From a virus: a DNA stretch of 64,000 bases. The DNA lies in the IMG/VR virus record IMGVR_UViG_3300032213_003587, positions 32,001-96,000 of that record. One strand, 5' to 3'. Of this stretch, positions 13,201-22,850 are shown piece by piece. Each line of letters opens with the position of its first letter. The stretch's first letter is position 1. Under the pieces are notes generated by a model. It ran no database searches and had not been told where the DNA came from. It saw nothing but the letters and a program-made list of their open reading frames with translations. The position numbers were made by a program, and so were the translations under genes.

Positions 13201-14582
13201 TAGTTATTCCATCCTTTGGTTTTTTGTACTGAGTCTTTGCAGACTTCCATGATCATTACGTGCTTGAGATGATTGAATTTATGATGTATTGCAGTAACCA
13301 GATAGAAACCAGAATACATGGGATCATCTAAATTAAGACTGCTGTCTCCGGCATCGCGAGGCCGAGCCTGCGGATACTTCAGGTAGATAATGTTGCCGAC
13401 TTCGGCATCACTGCGGCCCGGAACTGTGAGCACCAACTTAATTGTGCTCAGTTCATTCATGGTGCTGATGCGTCGCGGAAGAATGCGTTCCACAATTTCT
13501 GAAACATTGGCCTGTGCATCATTATACAACAACGGAGCCTTGGGATACATGTTCACGAACGAGCCTGGGCCGCGTATGGTTCCTAAGCGCGATGGATTGC
13601 AGACATCGTTGCTAGTGCCGCCGATGTTTTCCAGATGTCGGTAATCGCCGTAGCTGGCCACATGATCATAATCATAGACCACATAGTCTTTTTTAATTAT
13701 ATCAAAATTAATCAATCTGTTGGCAAAATGACCGTTTTCAATGCTGCGCAGAGCATTGGGTGAACTTACAATCTCTAAACTTTCGATTTTTTGAAATTCG
13801 CGATTTACGTCTTTGTAATAATCACTGCCGGTTTGATTCTCTTCCTGGGGTGCAGATACATTCTGCGCCATGTAGATATACTGTGCAAATATGCTCTTGC
13901 TTTGTATTGCTCCGTCGATAATGGTTTCAATGTTGGCATAATAATAGCCTTTGTTGCTTTCAAAGAATACATAGTTAGGTGCCAGGTATCCTTCGCACAG
14001 ACTGCGAGCCGCCAGCCAGCTGATGTTCTGCAACGGTGTCCAACCCGGACTCACATACTTGATGCGGTTTTCGGTCTCACCGATGATGGTCAGGGAGTTT
14101 TCGTCATTGGGTAAACCATTGCGACTTGTCTGTAGACTGTCGAGGTAGATCTGCTGCACCACGTCGCTGATTTTTCCGGAGAAACTGCGATAGATTGGAC
14201 TTACTGCATCTACTATGATTTCTGAACTACAGAACTGCAGGACATAGGTTTGTTTGCTGCTGTCCTGCAGGAAACGACCGTCGGTGATGGCATATACTCT
14301 GAAGGTTTTGAAAAAATACTGGCTTGTAGTTGGAGTACGAATTTTGATGCGCACATATTCATCGCCGCGCAGAGGAACAAGTCTGGACAGGTTCAAGGCA
14401 TCCACCATCATCATGTTGCCATACAGGCCGGGTCGGAACATGTCTTCATAGAGATTGAGCTCCAGAAGAAATTGACGAATATCGTGTTCTACACCGTCGT
14501 TGCCGATGAGCAATAATTCTGTGATTTCCACATCGCCGGCGCCCTGCAGGCCGCCGCTGAGATTGGTGCTGTTTGATGCCAT
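13200..14582 (-). CDS. Baseplate hub protein (gp27-like)
   Basis: LNLYEDMF, YVFFESNKGYYY, VPGRSDAEVGNII, YSGFYLVTAIHH; between gp53 and gp5. Confidence 0.7.
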   Translation of the reverse strand: MASNSTNLSGGLQGAGDVEITELLLIGNDGVEHDIRQFLLELNLYEDMFRPGLYGNMMMVDALNLSRLVPLRGDEYVRIKIRTPTTSQYFFKTFRVYAITDGRFLQDSSKQTYVLQFCSSEIIVDAVSPIYRSFSGKISDVVQQIYLDSLQTSRNGLPNDENSLTIIGETENRIKYVSPGWTPLQNISWLAARSLCEGYLAPNYVFFESNKGYYYANIETIIDGAIQSKSIFAQYIYMAQNVSAPQEENQTGSDYYKDVNREFQKIESLEIVSSPNALRSIENGHFANRLINFDIIKKDYVVYDYDHVASYGDYRHLENIGGTSNDVCNPSRLGTIRGPGSFVNMYPKAPLLYNDAQANVSEIVERILPRRISTMNELSTIKLVLTVPGRSDAEVGNIIYLKYPQARPRDAGDSSLNLDDPMYSGFYLVTAIHHKFNHLKHVMIMEVCKDSVQKTKGWNN

Positions 14583-14583
14583 G

Positions 14584-15081
14584 TTAACGTCCTATTGCCT
14601 GTTCAAAATTTTGAATATACTGAGACACAAAATTGGGTTTTAATATTTTTATTCTTCGTCGAGTTTCGTTAAGCTCTTCTTCGTAGGTATAGTTACTCAC
14701 TGGATACTTGGTACCGGCAAAACTGCTGTGTACTATGTCATTATCGGCATTGATGTAGTGATGCACAGCATACTCATTGCCCGCACCGTATTTATTGGTA
14801 ACCAAGGTCAGCAAAGTACCTACCGGCAAGGGCCAGTCATAGCGCGGATCTATGATGTTGTTCACCAGAAGTATGATCCAATGCAGTTCGGAGTTATCAT
14901 AGATTTTAGCTGCTACTATTTCCGGTGTTTCACCGTCGAGAACATCATATTCATCGTAGCTCAGAGTTCCTATGGTGTTGTTGTCCGAAGAAATTACTCG
15001 ACGAAAAAAATCAGTCATTACAAAATTGGTGGTACTACCATCCAAGGTGTAGAGCATTCTAGGAAAGTTTTTAAAATACAC
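14584..15081 (-). CDS. gp53: Baseplate wedge protein gp53
   Basis: MYFKNFP...GETPEIVAAKIY...HWIILLVNNIIDPRYDWP...YEEELNETRRRIKILKP. Confidence 0.92.
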   Translation of the reverse strand: MYFKNFPRMLYTLDGSTTNFVMTDFFRRVISSDNNTIGTLSYDEYDVLDGETPEIVAAKIYDNSELHWIILLVNNIIDPRYDWPLPVGTLLTLVTNKYGAGNEYAVHHYINADNDIVHSSFAGTKYPVSNYTYEEELNETRRRIKILKPNFVSQYIQNFEQAIGR

Positions 15082-15083
15082 GA

Positions 15084-16220
15084 TTAATATCCTCCGGGAT
15101 CTATGCGTTCTTTGGTAAGAACTTCGAGTTCACGGAATGTAAGTTTCATGTTAATCTCATTGGGTGCACCGTTGGCAAACGATCCAAAGGTTGAATTGTT
15201 GCCGTAGTCTATGGACATATCAGTTAATACACAGGTTGATATTTTATGTACCCAGGGATTTTCTTTTTTACCAAAGAAATATACGATGTTGAATTCGCTG
15301 GGATAGATGTAGAACAATCCGCCGGCACTTAATTCCGGATGCATGTGATACTTGAATTCTGTGATTATGTTTTTAACCTTGCGACTTTCTTGTTCGCTTT
15401 TTGGCAGAAATTTGTAGTCAAAGGTAAAGGTTCGGTTATCCACGCTTTGAAAAATCTGTTCACGAAACGGGTTGGGTGTCATGGCCGTGGCTGCGCTGAT
15501 GGCTCCGCCTAGATCAAAGTTGCTGTCGCCGGTGAGATTGGCAGCAATGCCTGCAGGAACCGCAGCAAGATTGATGATGGCCTTTCTTGCCATTTCCGGC
15601 ATCATCTGATTCATGTCCAGGGCACTGGCTCCGCCGCCTAGGAATCCGCCGATGGTGCCCAGATCTGTGGTGCCATACTGTACGCCATATTTCACACTGG
15701 GTCGTTCATTGAGAGCCAGCTGAATCGCGGTCTTAATTCTAAATCTTTTGTCGGGCTCAAACCACTGCGAGATCTTGTCGCCGGCCGCTGCACCAGTTAA
15801 TGCTCCTGCAGTAACTGCTCCTAGAGTACCCAAAACCTTGACCTTGGCACTGGCTCCGGCCGCAGTATTGGCCAGTACTTTTTGAGCTAGACTGTTGGCT
15901 AGATAGGCGCTGCCGGCTATGGCCATGGGTTTGATCATACCCTGTATGTTTTCTCCGACTTGCCGGCGGTCTGTGCTGCCGGTGTCATCACCGATGATTT
16001 CTGTGCTGGCTCCGCCGGCTCGATCCTTGGCCTTGCTCTTGCCTCGCACATTGATGAGAAACAGCACCGAATGCTGAAGATCAGGATCGCCCATGGTGTT
16101 TTCCGGAAACCTCAGCTGCTGCACATCATAGGTCTGTCCGGTTTTGCTGCGGCCACGATTGCGTTCTAAAGTAATGCTGTTTAGATCGTCGGTGGTAGCG
16201 GGTTTTGGTGTTGCTGGCAT
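15084..16220 (-). CDS. gp48: Baseplate tail tube cap gp48
   Basis: NPFREQIFQSVDNRTFTFDYKFLPKSEQES...YPSEF...CVLTDMSIDY...LTFRELEVLTK. Confidence 0.88.
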   Translation of the reverse strand: MPATPKPATTDDLNSITLERNRGRSKTGQTYDVQQLRFPENTMGDPDLQHSVLFLINVRGKSKAKDRAGGASTEIIGDDTGSTDRRQVGENIQGMIKPMAIAGSAYLANSLAQKVLANTAAGASAKVKVLGTLGAVTAGALTGAAAGDKISQWFEPDKRFRIKTAIQLALNERPSVKYGVQYGTTDLGTIGGFLGGGASALDMNQMMPEMARKAIINLAAVPAGIAANLTGDSNFDLGGAISAATAMTPNPFREQIFQSVDNRTFTFDYKFLPKSEQESRKVKNIITEFKYHMHPELSAGGLFYIYPSEFNIVYFFGKKENPWVHKISTCVLTDMSIDYGNNSTFGSFANGAPNEINMKLTFRELEVLTKERIDPGGY

Positions 16221-16227
16221 ATAAATA
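16220..16227 (+). promoter_or_regulatory. T4-type late promoter TATAAATA for gp4 operon
   Basis: Exact TATAAATA about 28 nt upstream of gp4 ATG; a divergent GATAAATA on the minus strand near 16247-16254 would serve gp48. Confidence 0.7.
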
Positions 16228-16255
16228 TCCGGTTATCGTTCTAAGTTATTTATCG

Positions 16256-16708
16256 ATGTACGCAAAACATACTCACAATGGTCGCTATCCGGTGCGCAAT
16301 TACAACAAGTATATCGGCAATGCGCAGCAGGTATTCTATCGATCCATGTGGGAATTAAAATTCATGAAATGGTGCGACAACAATCCTGCAGTACTAGAAT
16401 GGGGCAGCGAAGAGGTGGTTATACCTTATTTATCGCCGGTGGATGGTCGTGTGCATCGATATTTCGTGGATTTCTTTGTAAAAATTCGAGACGCCAACGG
16501 CAGCGTAAAACGCTATTTGATAGAGATCAAACCCAAGAAATTCACCGAACCACCGAAACGTCCGGCCAAACAGACTCGTCGCTATATTCAGGAAGTCAGC
16601 AGCTATGTCGTCAATCAGGCCAAATGGGAACGAGCTCGAGCCTTCTGCGAAGAGCGGGACTGGCGATTTCTTGTACTCACAGAAAAAGAATTGGGCATAG
16701 ATAAATAA
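16256..16708 (+). CDS. gp4: Head completion nuclease gp4
   Basis: YRSMWELKFMKWCDNNPAVLEWGSEE..IPY..HRYFVDF...IEIKP...NQAKW; start moved to ATG 16256. Confidence 0.93.
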   Translation: MYAKHTHNGRYPVRNYNKYIGNAQQVFYRSMWELKFMKWCDNNPAVLEWGSEEVVIPYLSPVDGRVHRYFVDFFVKIRDANGSVKRYLIEIKPKKFTEPPKRPAKQTRRYIQEVSSYVVNQAKWERARAFCEERDWRFLVLTEKELGIDK

Positions 16709-16712
16709 ACAT

Positions 16713-17279
16713 ATGGCTACAAACCCCTTTGACAATCTGAGAATCAACGCCGGATCGGCGCAACGCAGTCAGGCCTGGTATCGTACGCAGGTCGGAAAAC
16801 TGCAGAATCTGCAGCGCACCGTGGACAGCAGCATCTCGCAGGCTCGGCTAATAACTCGCCCAGACATCGGCAAGCTCTACTTGTTTCACTACGATCCCAA
16901 GCACAAAGATACTCTGCCGTACTACGATACCATGCCCCTGGTGTTTCCTTTTGAACGGGCTCAGGGCGGATTTCTAGGATTAAACCTGCACTATCTACCC
17001 TATGTCATGCGATTTAAATTAATGAGTGCGCTGTTAGATATTGCAGCCAAGGCCGGGGCTAGTAGAAAAACCGCATTCAGCTGGCAATTACTAAGCAACA
17101 GCAGTCGCTTTCCCGGAGCCCAGGTCGCGGTCAAGCATTATTTGACCGCTCAGATGCAGAGCAGTTTTTTAGAAATTCCCGACGATCAATGGCTGGCAGC
17201 AAGTCAGATGCCCATAGAACGATTTGTCAAAACCAACAAAGAAGCGGTATTTCGCGATACCCGTAGGATGACCCGATGA
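16713..17279 (+). CDS. gp2: DNA end protector protein gp2
   Basis: YDPKHKDTLPYYDTMPLV...GLNLHYLP...VKHYL. Confidence 0.92.
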   Translation: MATNPFDNLRINAGSAQRSQAWYRTQVGKLQNLQRTVDSSISQARLITRPDIGKLYLFHYDPKHKDTLPYYDTMPLVFPFERAQGGFLGLNLHYLPYVMRFKLMSALLDIAAKAGASRKTAFSWQLLSNSSRFPGAQVAVKHYLTAQMQSSFLEIPDDQWLAASQMPIERFVKTNKEAVFRDTRRMTR

Positions 17280-18001
17280 AATCAAAATTCAGCCTTTCCA
17301 ACTTTATTTCTTATGCAGCCAAGGGCATGGCCCGGCCCTATAGATTTGAAGTTGAGATACCCAATCCCTTGTGCGTAAAAAAATGGTCTGGCGCAACCCA
17401 GCTTGTTAGTGTGTACTGCAAGGCGGCTCAGCTTCCACAGAGTCGCATATTAACCAGCCGCAATCAATATTTTGGTCCGCCGGAATATCGTCCCATAGGC
17501 GTGGACTACGGCGGCGACAATCTTACCCTAACTTTTTATGTGGATGAAAAAATGCACGTCAAGGCATTTTTTGATGAATGGATCGACGGCATTGTAAATC
17601 GCAAAACCGGCATCACTGAATATCGCGATAGCTATACCGTGAACATGAAGGTACGACAATTAATTCAGGTGCCATCTCTGCCAGATCCTGGCAAACGTGT
17701 AGGTAAGGTACTTACAGAGAATACTGCGATCAACAAAGAAAGCATAGCCTATGAAGCAAATTTTGATCTGGCCTTTCCGGTGTCAGTAAATCCTCTGACT
17801 CTTGATCACGGATCCACCGGCCAGGTGCATGAACTCAGCGTAACCTTCAACTATCGTCGCTGGAACTGGTCCGTGCCAGCTTCACCACAGGAAAAACTCA
17901 GCAACAATATTAATTGGAACGATCCTTCCATACCAGAAAGAAGAATTGCCGGTGTTGATACTCCGGATGAACGTCCTCTCATTGATTCTAAACTAGCTTA
18001 A
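17276..18001 (+). CDS. gp54: Baseplate tail tube initiator gp54-like (tail-tube fold)
   Basis: GMARPYRFEV, FFDEW, FPVSV, LSVTFNYRRW; synteny gp2-gp54-gp26. Confidence 0.7.
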   Translation: MKSKFSLSNFISYAAKGMARPYRFEVEIPNPLCVKKWSGATQLVSVYCKAAQLPQSRILTSRNQYFGPPEYRPIGVDYGGDNLTLTFYVDEKMHVKAFFDEWIDGIVNRKTGITEYRDSYTVNMKVRQLIQVPSLPDPGKRVGKVLTENTAINKESIAYEANFDLAFPVSVNPLTLDHGSTGQVHELSVTFNYRRWNWSVPASPQEKLSNNINWNDPSIPERRIAGVDTPDERPLIDSKLA

Positions 18002-18014
18002 ATGAAAGAAAATT

Positions 18015-18710
18015 ATGTCGCTACCAACTTTTGATGTTCCCCGTTTTAATGTACAGTTACCGAGCACCGGTGAGACGGTGCAGTTTAGACCGTTCTTAGT
18101 AAAAGAACAAAAACAGCTGCTCATGGCAGTAGCCAACGACAATCAGGAACAGATATCAGCCATTGAGAACATTATTCATGCCTGCAGTTTCGGCAAGGTG
18201 CAGGCACATCGGCTACCGGCCTTTGATGTGGAATATCTGTTTCTACAGATACGCGCTCGCAGCATCGGTGAGAATGTGGACATGCAGTTGACCTGCAACT
18301 GTGGTGAAAAAACCAAGGCTGTACTGGACATCACCAAGGTTGCGGTACAGCATACCGATGGACACAATGCCAGCATTGATTTGGGCGCCGGCATTGTGGT
18401 GCAGATGCGCTATCCGCGACTCACTGAGATTGAAGAATTTGGAGCCGAGCCTTCGGTTGACACCACCATTGCTTTGATTGCTCGTTGCATACAAAGCATC
18501 TGGCAGGATGATGAAATGTTTGCTGCCGAAGATTATAGTTCAGAAGAGCTCATAGAATTTGTGGAAAATCTTCGACCCGGTAATTTAGACACCATCGAAG
18601 AATTTTTCAACACCATGCCTGTGCTGCGCCATCGATTGCAATGGCACTGCAAGGCCTGTGAAAAAGACAACGACGTCGTTGTGGAGGGTATGCAAAGTTT
18701 TTTCGGTTGA
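18015..18710 (+). CDS. gp26: Baseplate hub assembly protein gp26
   Basis: LPSTGETVQFRPFLVKEQK, FDVEYLFLQIRARSIGE, CxC, FFNTMP, EGMQSFF. Confidence 0.93.
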   Translation: MSLPTFDVPRFNVQLPSTGETVQFRPFLVKEQKQLLMAVANDNQEQISAIENIIHACSFGKVQAHRLPAFDVEYLFLQIRARSIGENVDMQLTCNCGEKTKAVLDITKVAVQHTDGHNASIDLGAGIVVQMRYPRLTEIEEFGAEPSVDTTIALIARCIQSIWQDDEMFAAEDYSSEELIEFVENLRPGNLDTIEEFFNTMPVLRHRLQWHCKACEKDNDVVVEGMQSFFG

Positions 18711-18892
18711 TCCTTTCTCATGAAAGCCTGTTTAATTATTACCAGACCAATTTTAATTTGATGCAACACCATAAGTATAGTTTAACTGAGCTGGAAAATA
18801 TGCTGCCCTGGGAAAGGGAAATTTATGTTATGTTATTAATTAACCACCTTGAAGAAGAAAATAAACGATTACAACAACAAAAGAAGGGGTAG
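18707..18892 (+). CDS. gp51: Baseplate hub assembly catalyst gp51
   Basis: YYQTNFNLMQHHKYSLTELENMLPWEREIY. Confidence 0.92.
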   Translation: MILSHESLFNYYQTNFNLMQHHKYSLTELENMLPWEREIYVMLLINHLEEENKRLQQQKKG

Positions 18893-18896
18893 TAAC

Positions 18897-19187
18897 ATGA
18901 ATGAAGAACTAAAAGACAAAATAGAATTAGAAAAAGCCACACTGGGATTAAACATTGTTAGAGTATGTACCTATACATTAACTTTTGTAATCATCAGCAT
19001 GTGTGTATCATTGGTTGTTGGTTTGTTCGCACCCAACGATCTGGTAAGCAACGACGAAGTATTTAAAATTCTGAGTCCGGCATTCCAGACCATCATCGGT
19101 GGTTTCATTGGTATCATTACCGGCATTCAAATCGGTAAGTCACAAAAGGATGATGCTCCACCACCCAATGGGCCTGAGGAGGAATAA
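18897..19187 (+). CDS. Two-TM membrane protein
   Basis: Start at MNEELKDK; two hydrophobic segments including PAFQTIIGGFIGIITG. Confidence 0.6.
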   Translation: MNEELKDKIELEKATLGLNIVRVCTYTLTFVIISMCVSLVVGLFAPNDLVSNDEVFKILSPAFQTIIGGFIGIITGIQIGKSQKDDAPPPNGPEEE

Positions 19188-19189
19188 TC

Positions 19190-19495
19190 ATGGCTGTGGT
19201 TAATCCCAAAGAAGATTGGATGCAGAATAAATGGCGTCCTGCCATGGGTTGGATGTACATGGTCTGCTGCCTGTTTGATTTTGTGATTTTCCCCATCATG
19301 TTTACCGCAGTACAGTTCTGGGAAACACAGGCAGCCAATGATGCATTTCGTCAATGGGTGCCTATTACCCTGCAGAGTGGAGGATTTTTCCACATTGCCA
19401 TGGGTGCTGTGCTGGGTGTGGCTGCCTATGGACGTACTAAAGAGAAAACAGCAGCCATTGAAAACAATTCCATACCAACCGACAATAAAGAGTAA
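19190..19495 (+). CDS. Holin-like protein (GTA 3TM holin family)
   Basis: KWRPAMGW motif, hydrophobic helices, C-terminal LGVAAYGRTKEK. Confidence 0.65.
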   Translation: MAVVNPKEDWMQNKWRPAMGWMYMVCCLFDFVIFPIMFTAVQFWETQAANDAFRQWVPITLQSGGFFHIAMGAVLGVAAYGRTKEKTAAIENNSIPTDNKE

Positions 19496-19500
19496 ACAAC

Positions 19501-21465
19501 ATGGCCCGCGGAACTAAAACCAAAAGCAAGGGTATATCCTTAGAAGAATTGATGCAGGCGCAGGAACGCATGATGACTGCCGGCGAACTGTCTGAAAAAC
19601 AACTAGAGATTGCTAAAGAACAGCTAAGCAAATTAGATACCATTGCTAAAGCAGCAGTTGTCAATGATCTACAAATGGCCAAAGAAGATTCGGACATTAG
19701 AAAGATCGTTACAAGAAGAGCAGTACCCGGTTCCGTGGGCCTAGTTGACGTTAAAAATGAAATAAAGAATCTTAGCTCGGATATCAAACGAGGATTGCCA
19801 AAATTCCTGCAGGAAAAAGGTCGGAGCAGCAAGAAAGACGCAGAAGACAAACCGTTAACTGAGGCCGAGCGCAACCAGCGACTCACCAAGCTGGCAGAAG
19901 TCATCGGAGAAAAAGTTAAACTTCAGAAAGGCGGCAGCCTCAATGAAACGCTGACCGCTAAAAATCGCGGAACCTTTGATCAATTTATCAAAGAGACTGA
20001 GCGACGCGATAGCCTGCTGGCAGAGGCCAACGAAGATCAGCGAGAGATATTTCAGCAGATTGAAGACACGTTAATCAAACTTCAGGAAGCCGGCAGTGAA
20101 GACAGCAAGGTCCTGAGAAAAGAATTGGAGCGCCTGCGTGGTGCCATGGAAGCCACTGAGGATACCGGCGCTAAAAAATCACTGATGGGTCTTGCAGAAA
20201 GAACCAGTGAAAATGCTGCTGCGGGTGTGCGCGGCAATCAGGGAACCTTTGGTGATGCATTGAAGGCTCTGCTTGGTCGTCGAGAAGTATTGAAGAGTGG
20301 CATGAGCCGCGACGCCAACGGCGACATATTTAACGCTAAAGGTGAGAAGGTAGATGCCAAAGATGCGGTCATGGGGCGCGGTGCCGCTGCTGGTTCTATA
20401 CTTGGCAATATGATGATGGAAAAATTTGAGCGTGGTTTTGAAAATAAGCGCACGGAAAAGACTCAGAATTTTCTAGACAATTTCCGTTCCACTGAAACAC
20501 GGGCTCGACCAAATATTCTGCAGGGACAGCAGGATCAGCTCATGGGGAGTGGACCTAAAGTTAAAGTTGAAGCGCGAGCCAAGGGTGGTCCTATTGTCAA
20601 AGGTCGACCCTATCTTGTCGGAGAAAAAGGTCCGGAATTAATTGTACCTAAAAGCGATGGTCAGGTAAATCCCTTACCTAAAGCTGAGGTCAAGGAAAAT
20701 ACCATGTTCAGCGATGCCGGTTCATACCGAGCTGACGATGCCGCTGGCCCATTTGCCAAAGGCTCGGAAAAAATTGTCAAGGCCATCAAAGAACTTACTG
20801 ATGTAGTAAAAAATCAACAGAACAACGGCCCGGGCGTTCCGCCTATCATTCCCACAGGCATGGGTGGTAAACCAACTGGTGGTGGCCGCCCAAATGCCGG
20901 CAATGCTGCCAAGGCCGCCAAGAACGTCAAACCCGGTAGTCCCGTAGTCATGGGTCTGTCGTTAATTGCCGGCTATTTTGGCATGAACATGATCGACGAC
21001 ATGGAAGAAAAGGCGCGGGCAGAACGTACGGCCAAATATGATGCCATGATTGCCAGCGGAGATCCTGAACAAGTAGCCAAGGGTCAGTTCATGAAAGAAC
21101 AGGAAATGTCGACCTTTGAAAAATTAGGCAACATTAAAAATCAATTCAATGAATTGAACAGTCCGGAAAGACAGGAACGCTTAAAAGATGCGCCCTGGTA
21201 TACTAGATATCTGGGCATTGGCGACGACTCCGCAGTGGCTCCGAGTCTGCGTCCCGCACAAGGACCGGAAATAGCGGCTCGCACTACTGCCATAGCAGAT
21301 CAACGCTCCGCTGCTGCGGCTCCGGTTATTATCAACGCACCTACTGTGAATGCTCCAACTACCAAGGGCGGTGATAACACAGTAACCACGGTGATGCGAG
21401 CTCCGGTGCGACCCGAAGACAATGCGTTCAATAATTACATGAACCGACTATACAACGCTTTCTAA
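19501..21465 (+). CDS. gp29-like baseplate hub/tape measure protein
   Basis: Long helical/coiled-coil protein with ARAKGGPIVKGRPYLVGEKGPELIVP tape-measure-type motif; position after gp51. Confidence 0.6.
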   Translation: MARGTKTKSKGISLEELMQAQERMMTAGELSEKQLEIAKEQLSKLDTIAKAAVVNDLQMAKEDSDIRKIVTRRAVPGSVGLVDVKNEIKNLSSDIKRGLPKFLQEKGRSSKKDAEDKPLTEAERNQRLTKLAEVIGEKVKLQKGGSLNETLTAKNRGTFDQFIKETERRDSLLAEANEDQREIFQQIEDTLIKLQEAGSEDSKVLRKELERLRGAMEATEDTGAKKSLMGLAERTSENAAAGVRGNQGTFGDALKALLGRREVLKSGMSRDANGDIFNAKGEKVDAKDAVMGRGAAAGSILGNMMMEKFERGFENKRTEKTQNFLDNFRSTETRARPNILQGQQDQLMGSGPKVKVEARAKGGPIVKGRPYLVGEKGPELIVPKSDGQVNPLPKAEVKENTMFSDAGSYRADDAAGPFAKGSEKIVKAIKELTDVVKNQQNNGPGVPPIIPTGMGGKPTGGGRPNAGNAAKAAKNVKPGSPVVMGLSLIAGYFGMNMIDDMEEKARAERTAKYDAMIASGDPEQVAKGQFMKEQEMSTFEKLGNIKNQFNELNSPERQERLKDAPWYTRYLGIGDDSAVAPSLRPAQGPEIAARTTAIADQRSAAAAPVIINAPTVNAPTTKGGDNTVTTVMRAPVRPEDNAFNNYMNRLYNAF

Positions 21466-21471
21466 TAGTAG

Positions 21472-21496
21472 AAACCCCGCCGAAGCGGGGTTTTTT
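21472..21496. terminator. Bidirectional intrinsic terminator
   Basis: AAACCCCGC-CGAA-GCGGGGTTTTTT hairpin between convergent genes; UUCG loop on the minus strand. Confidence 0.9.
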
Positions 21497-21507
21497 GTTG
21501 CTTGCGA

Positions 21508-22410
21508 TTAATCGTCGGCAGCTAGCTTGGCAAAGTAGCTAAGACTTTCATCATCCTCTTCTTCAACCGCGGCCTTGGGTGCGGCTTTAGCCACAGCCTT
21601 AACAGCCGGTGTGTCTTCGTCGAGGTCCATCTTTTCAGCTCGCGCCACAGCGGCATTGGCACCACTTAGCACACCATCCAATTTCTTCTTGAGCTCTTCG
21701 TAGCTCTTGAAGTTGCTTGGATCCAGGAATGCCTGCAGACTGTGCTGGTTGTTCCAAACCTTTTCAATTTCCGCATCATCTTCACTCAATGCCGCTGTGG
21801 CATCAAATTCCGACTTGTCGTAGTTACGATAACCTTCGACATTGCGAATCTTGAGTTTAAAGTTTGCACCCTTCCAGAAGTCAAAAGGATTGACTGGTGC
21901 TTCGTCTTCGAACTGCGGCTGCATCACATCCTTGATCTTGTCGAAGATTTTCTTGCCAAACTTAAACAGCTTGACCTTGCCTTCGTTTTCCGGATGCTTG
22001 CTATCGCTGATGATTAAGACATTACAAATATAGCTCAGCTTGCGCTTCTGCTTTCGTGCCACTTCTTTGCTGGCTTCGCTACCGCTGTTCCAGAGCTCGT
22101 TGTTGAGTTCGGATACTGGATCAGGTTTGCCGATGGTGGTCAGTGAATTCTCAATATACCACTTCCCGGTTGGACCCTGAAAACCATGATTCCAAATACG
22201 CACCCAGGGCAGCTCTTCACCTTTGGGCGGGGGCAAGAAACGAATTACTGCATAGCCATTGCCGGACTTATCTACTTCCGGTTGCCAAAAACGATCGTCA
22301 TCCCGACTGTTACTACCACCTTCGGGTTTGCCAATCTTTTCAACTTCCTTCATGAGGTTGTCAAAATTACCGCGGCTGCTGCGTAGTTCGCTTAGACTAT
22401 TGAATGCCAT
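21508..22410 (-). CDS. gp32: Single-stranded DNA-binding protein gp32
   Basis: DDRFWQPEVDKSGNGYAVIRFLP, WYIENSLTT, NPFDFWKGANFKLKIR, acidic C-terminus SLSYFAKLAADD. Confidence 0.97.
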   Translation of the reverse strand: MAFNSLSELRSSRGNFDNLMKEVEKIGKPEGGSNSRDDDRFWQPEVDKSGNGYAVIRFLPPPKGEELPWVRIWNHGFQGPTGKWYIENSLTTIGKPDPVSELNNELWNSGSEASKEVARKQKRKLSYICNVLIISDSKHPENEGKVKLFKFGKKIFDKIKDVMQPQFEDEAPVNPFDFWKGANFKLKIRNVEGYRNYDKSEFDATAALSEDDAEIEKVWNNQHSLQAFLDPSNFKSYEELKKKLDGVLSGANAAVARAEKMDLDEDTPAVKAVAKAAPKAAVEEEDDESLSYFAKLAADD

Positions 22411-22452
22411 ATTAGTATCTCCTTGTATTTACGTTGTATAGGCGTTGTATGT
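22411..22452 (-). repeat. Short repeats ATACAACG/ATACAAGG in gp32 leader
   Basis: Minus strand reads ATACAACGCC TATACAACGT AAATACAAGG AGATACTAAT ATG. Confidence 0.6.
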
Positions 22453-22647
22453 TTACTGCTGTTCTTCATCTAGTTCCTGCTCATCAAAATCCAATTCTTC
22501 ATCGGACATCATAGTATATATGGTCTGAGGATATTTGTCAATACGTTTTTCCGACCGATATTCTCTTTTACTTCGAACTTCGTCATCATAATCCGATGTA
22601 CGATACTTCTTTACCGACATTTCAATCTCCGTATTTTCCCGAATCAC
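22453..22647 (-). CDS. Hypothetical acidic protein
   Basis: ORF in gp59-gp32 interval; start may be the internal MSVKK. Confidence 0.5.
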   Translation of the reverse strand: MIRENTEIEMSVKKYRTSDYDDEVRSKREYRSEKRIDKYPQTIYTMMSDEELDFDEQELDEEQQ

Positions 22648-22850
22648 ACCTTAATAAATGGCCAACGACTTACTCGCTCAGCCAAATAAGCCTGATTCTT
22701 TCCAAGTTGAATAATAAATTTATGCGTTTCGCGGATCATGTCATGCAGTTGGTTGATTTCAAAAACCATGTCCTGCACTCGATGTTCGAGATTTTCAAGG
22801 CGTGCTTCAGTTAAATCAGGTAAATCTTCCGAGGATAGTTCTGTAGTCAT
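22644..22850 (-). CDS. Hypothetical protein
   Basis: Overlaps both neighbours; coiled-coil-like. Confidence 0.5.
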   Translation of the reverse strand: MTTELSSEDLPDLTEARLENLEHRVQDMVFEINQLHDMIRETHKFIIQLGKNQAYLAERVSRWPFIKV

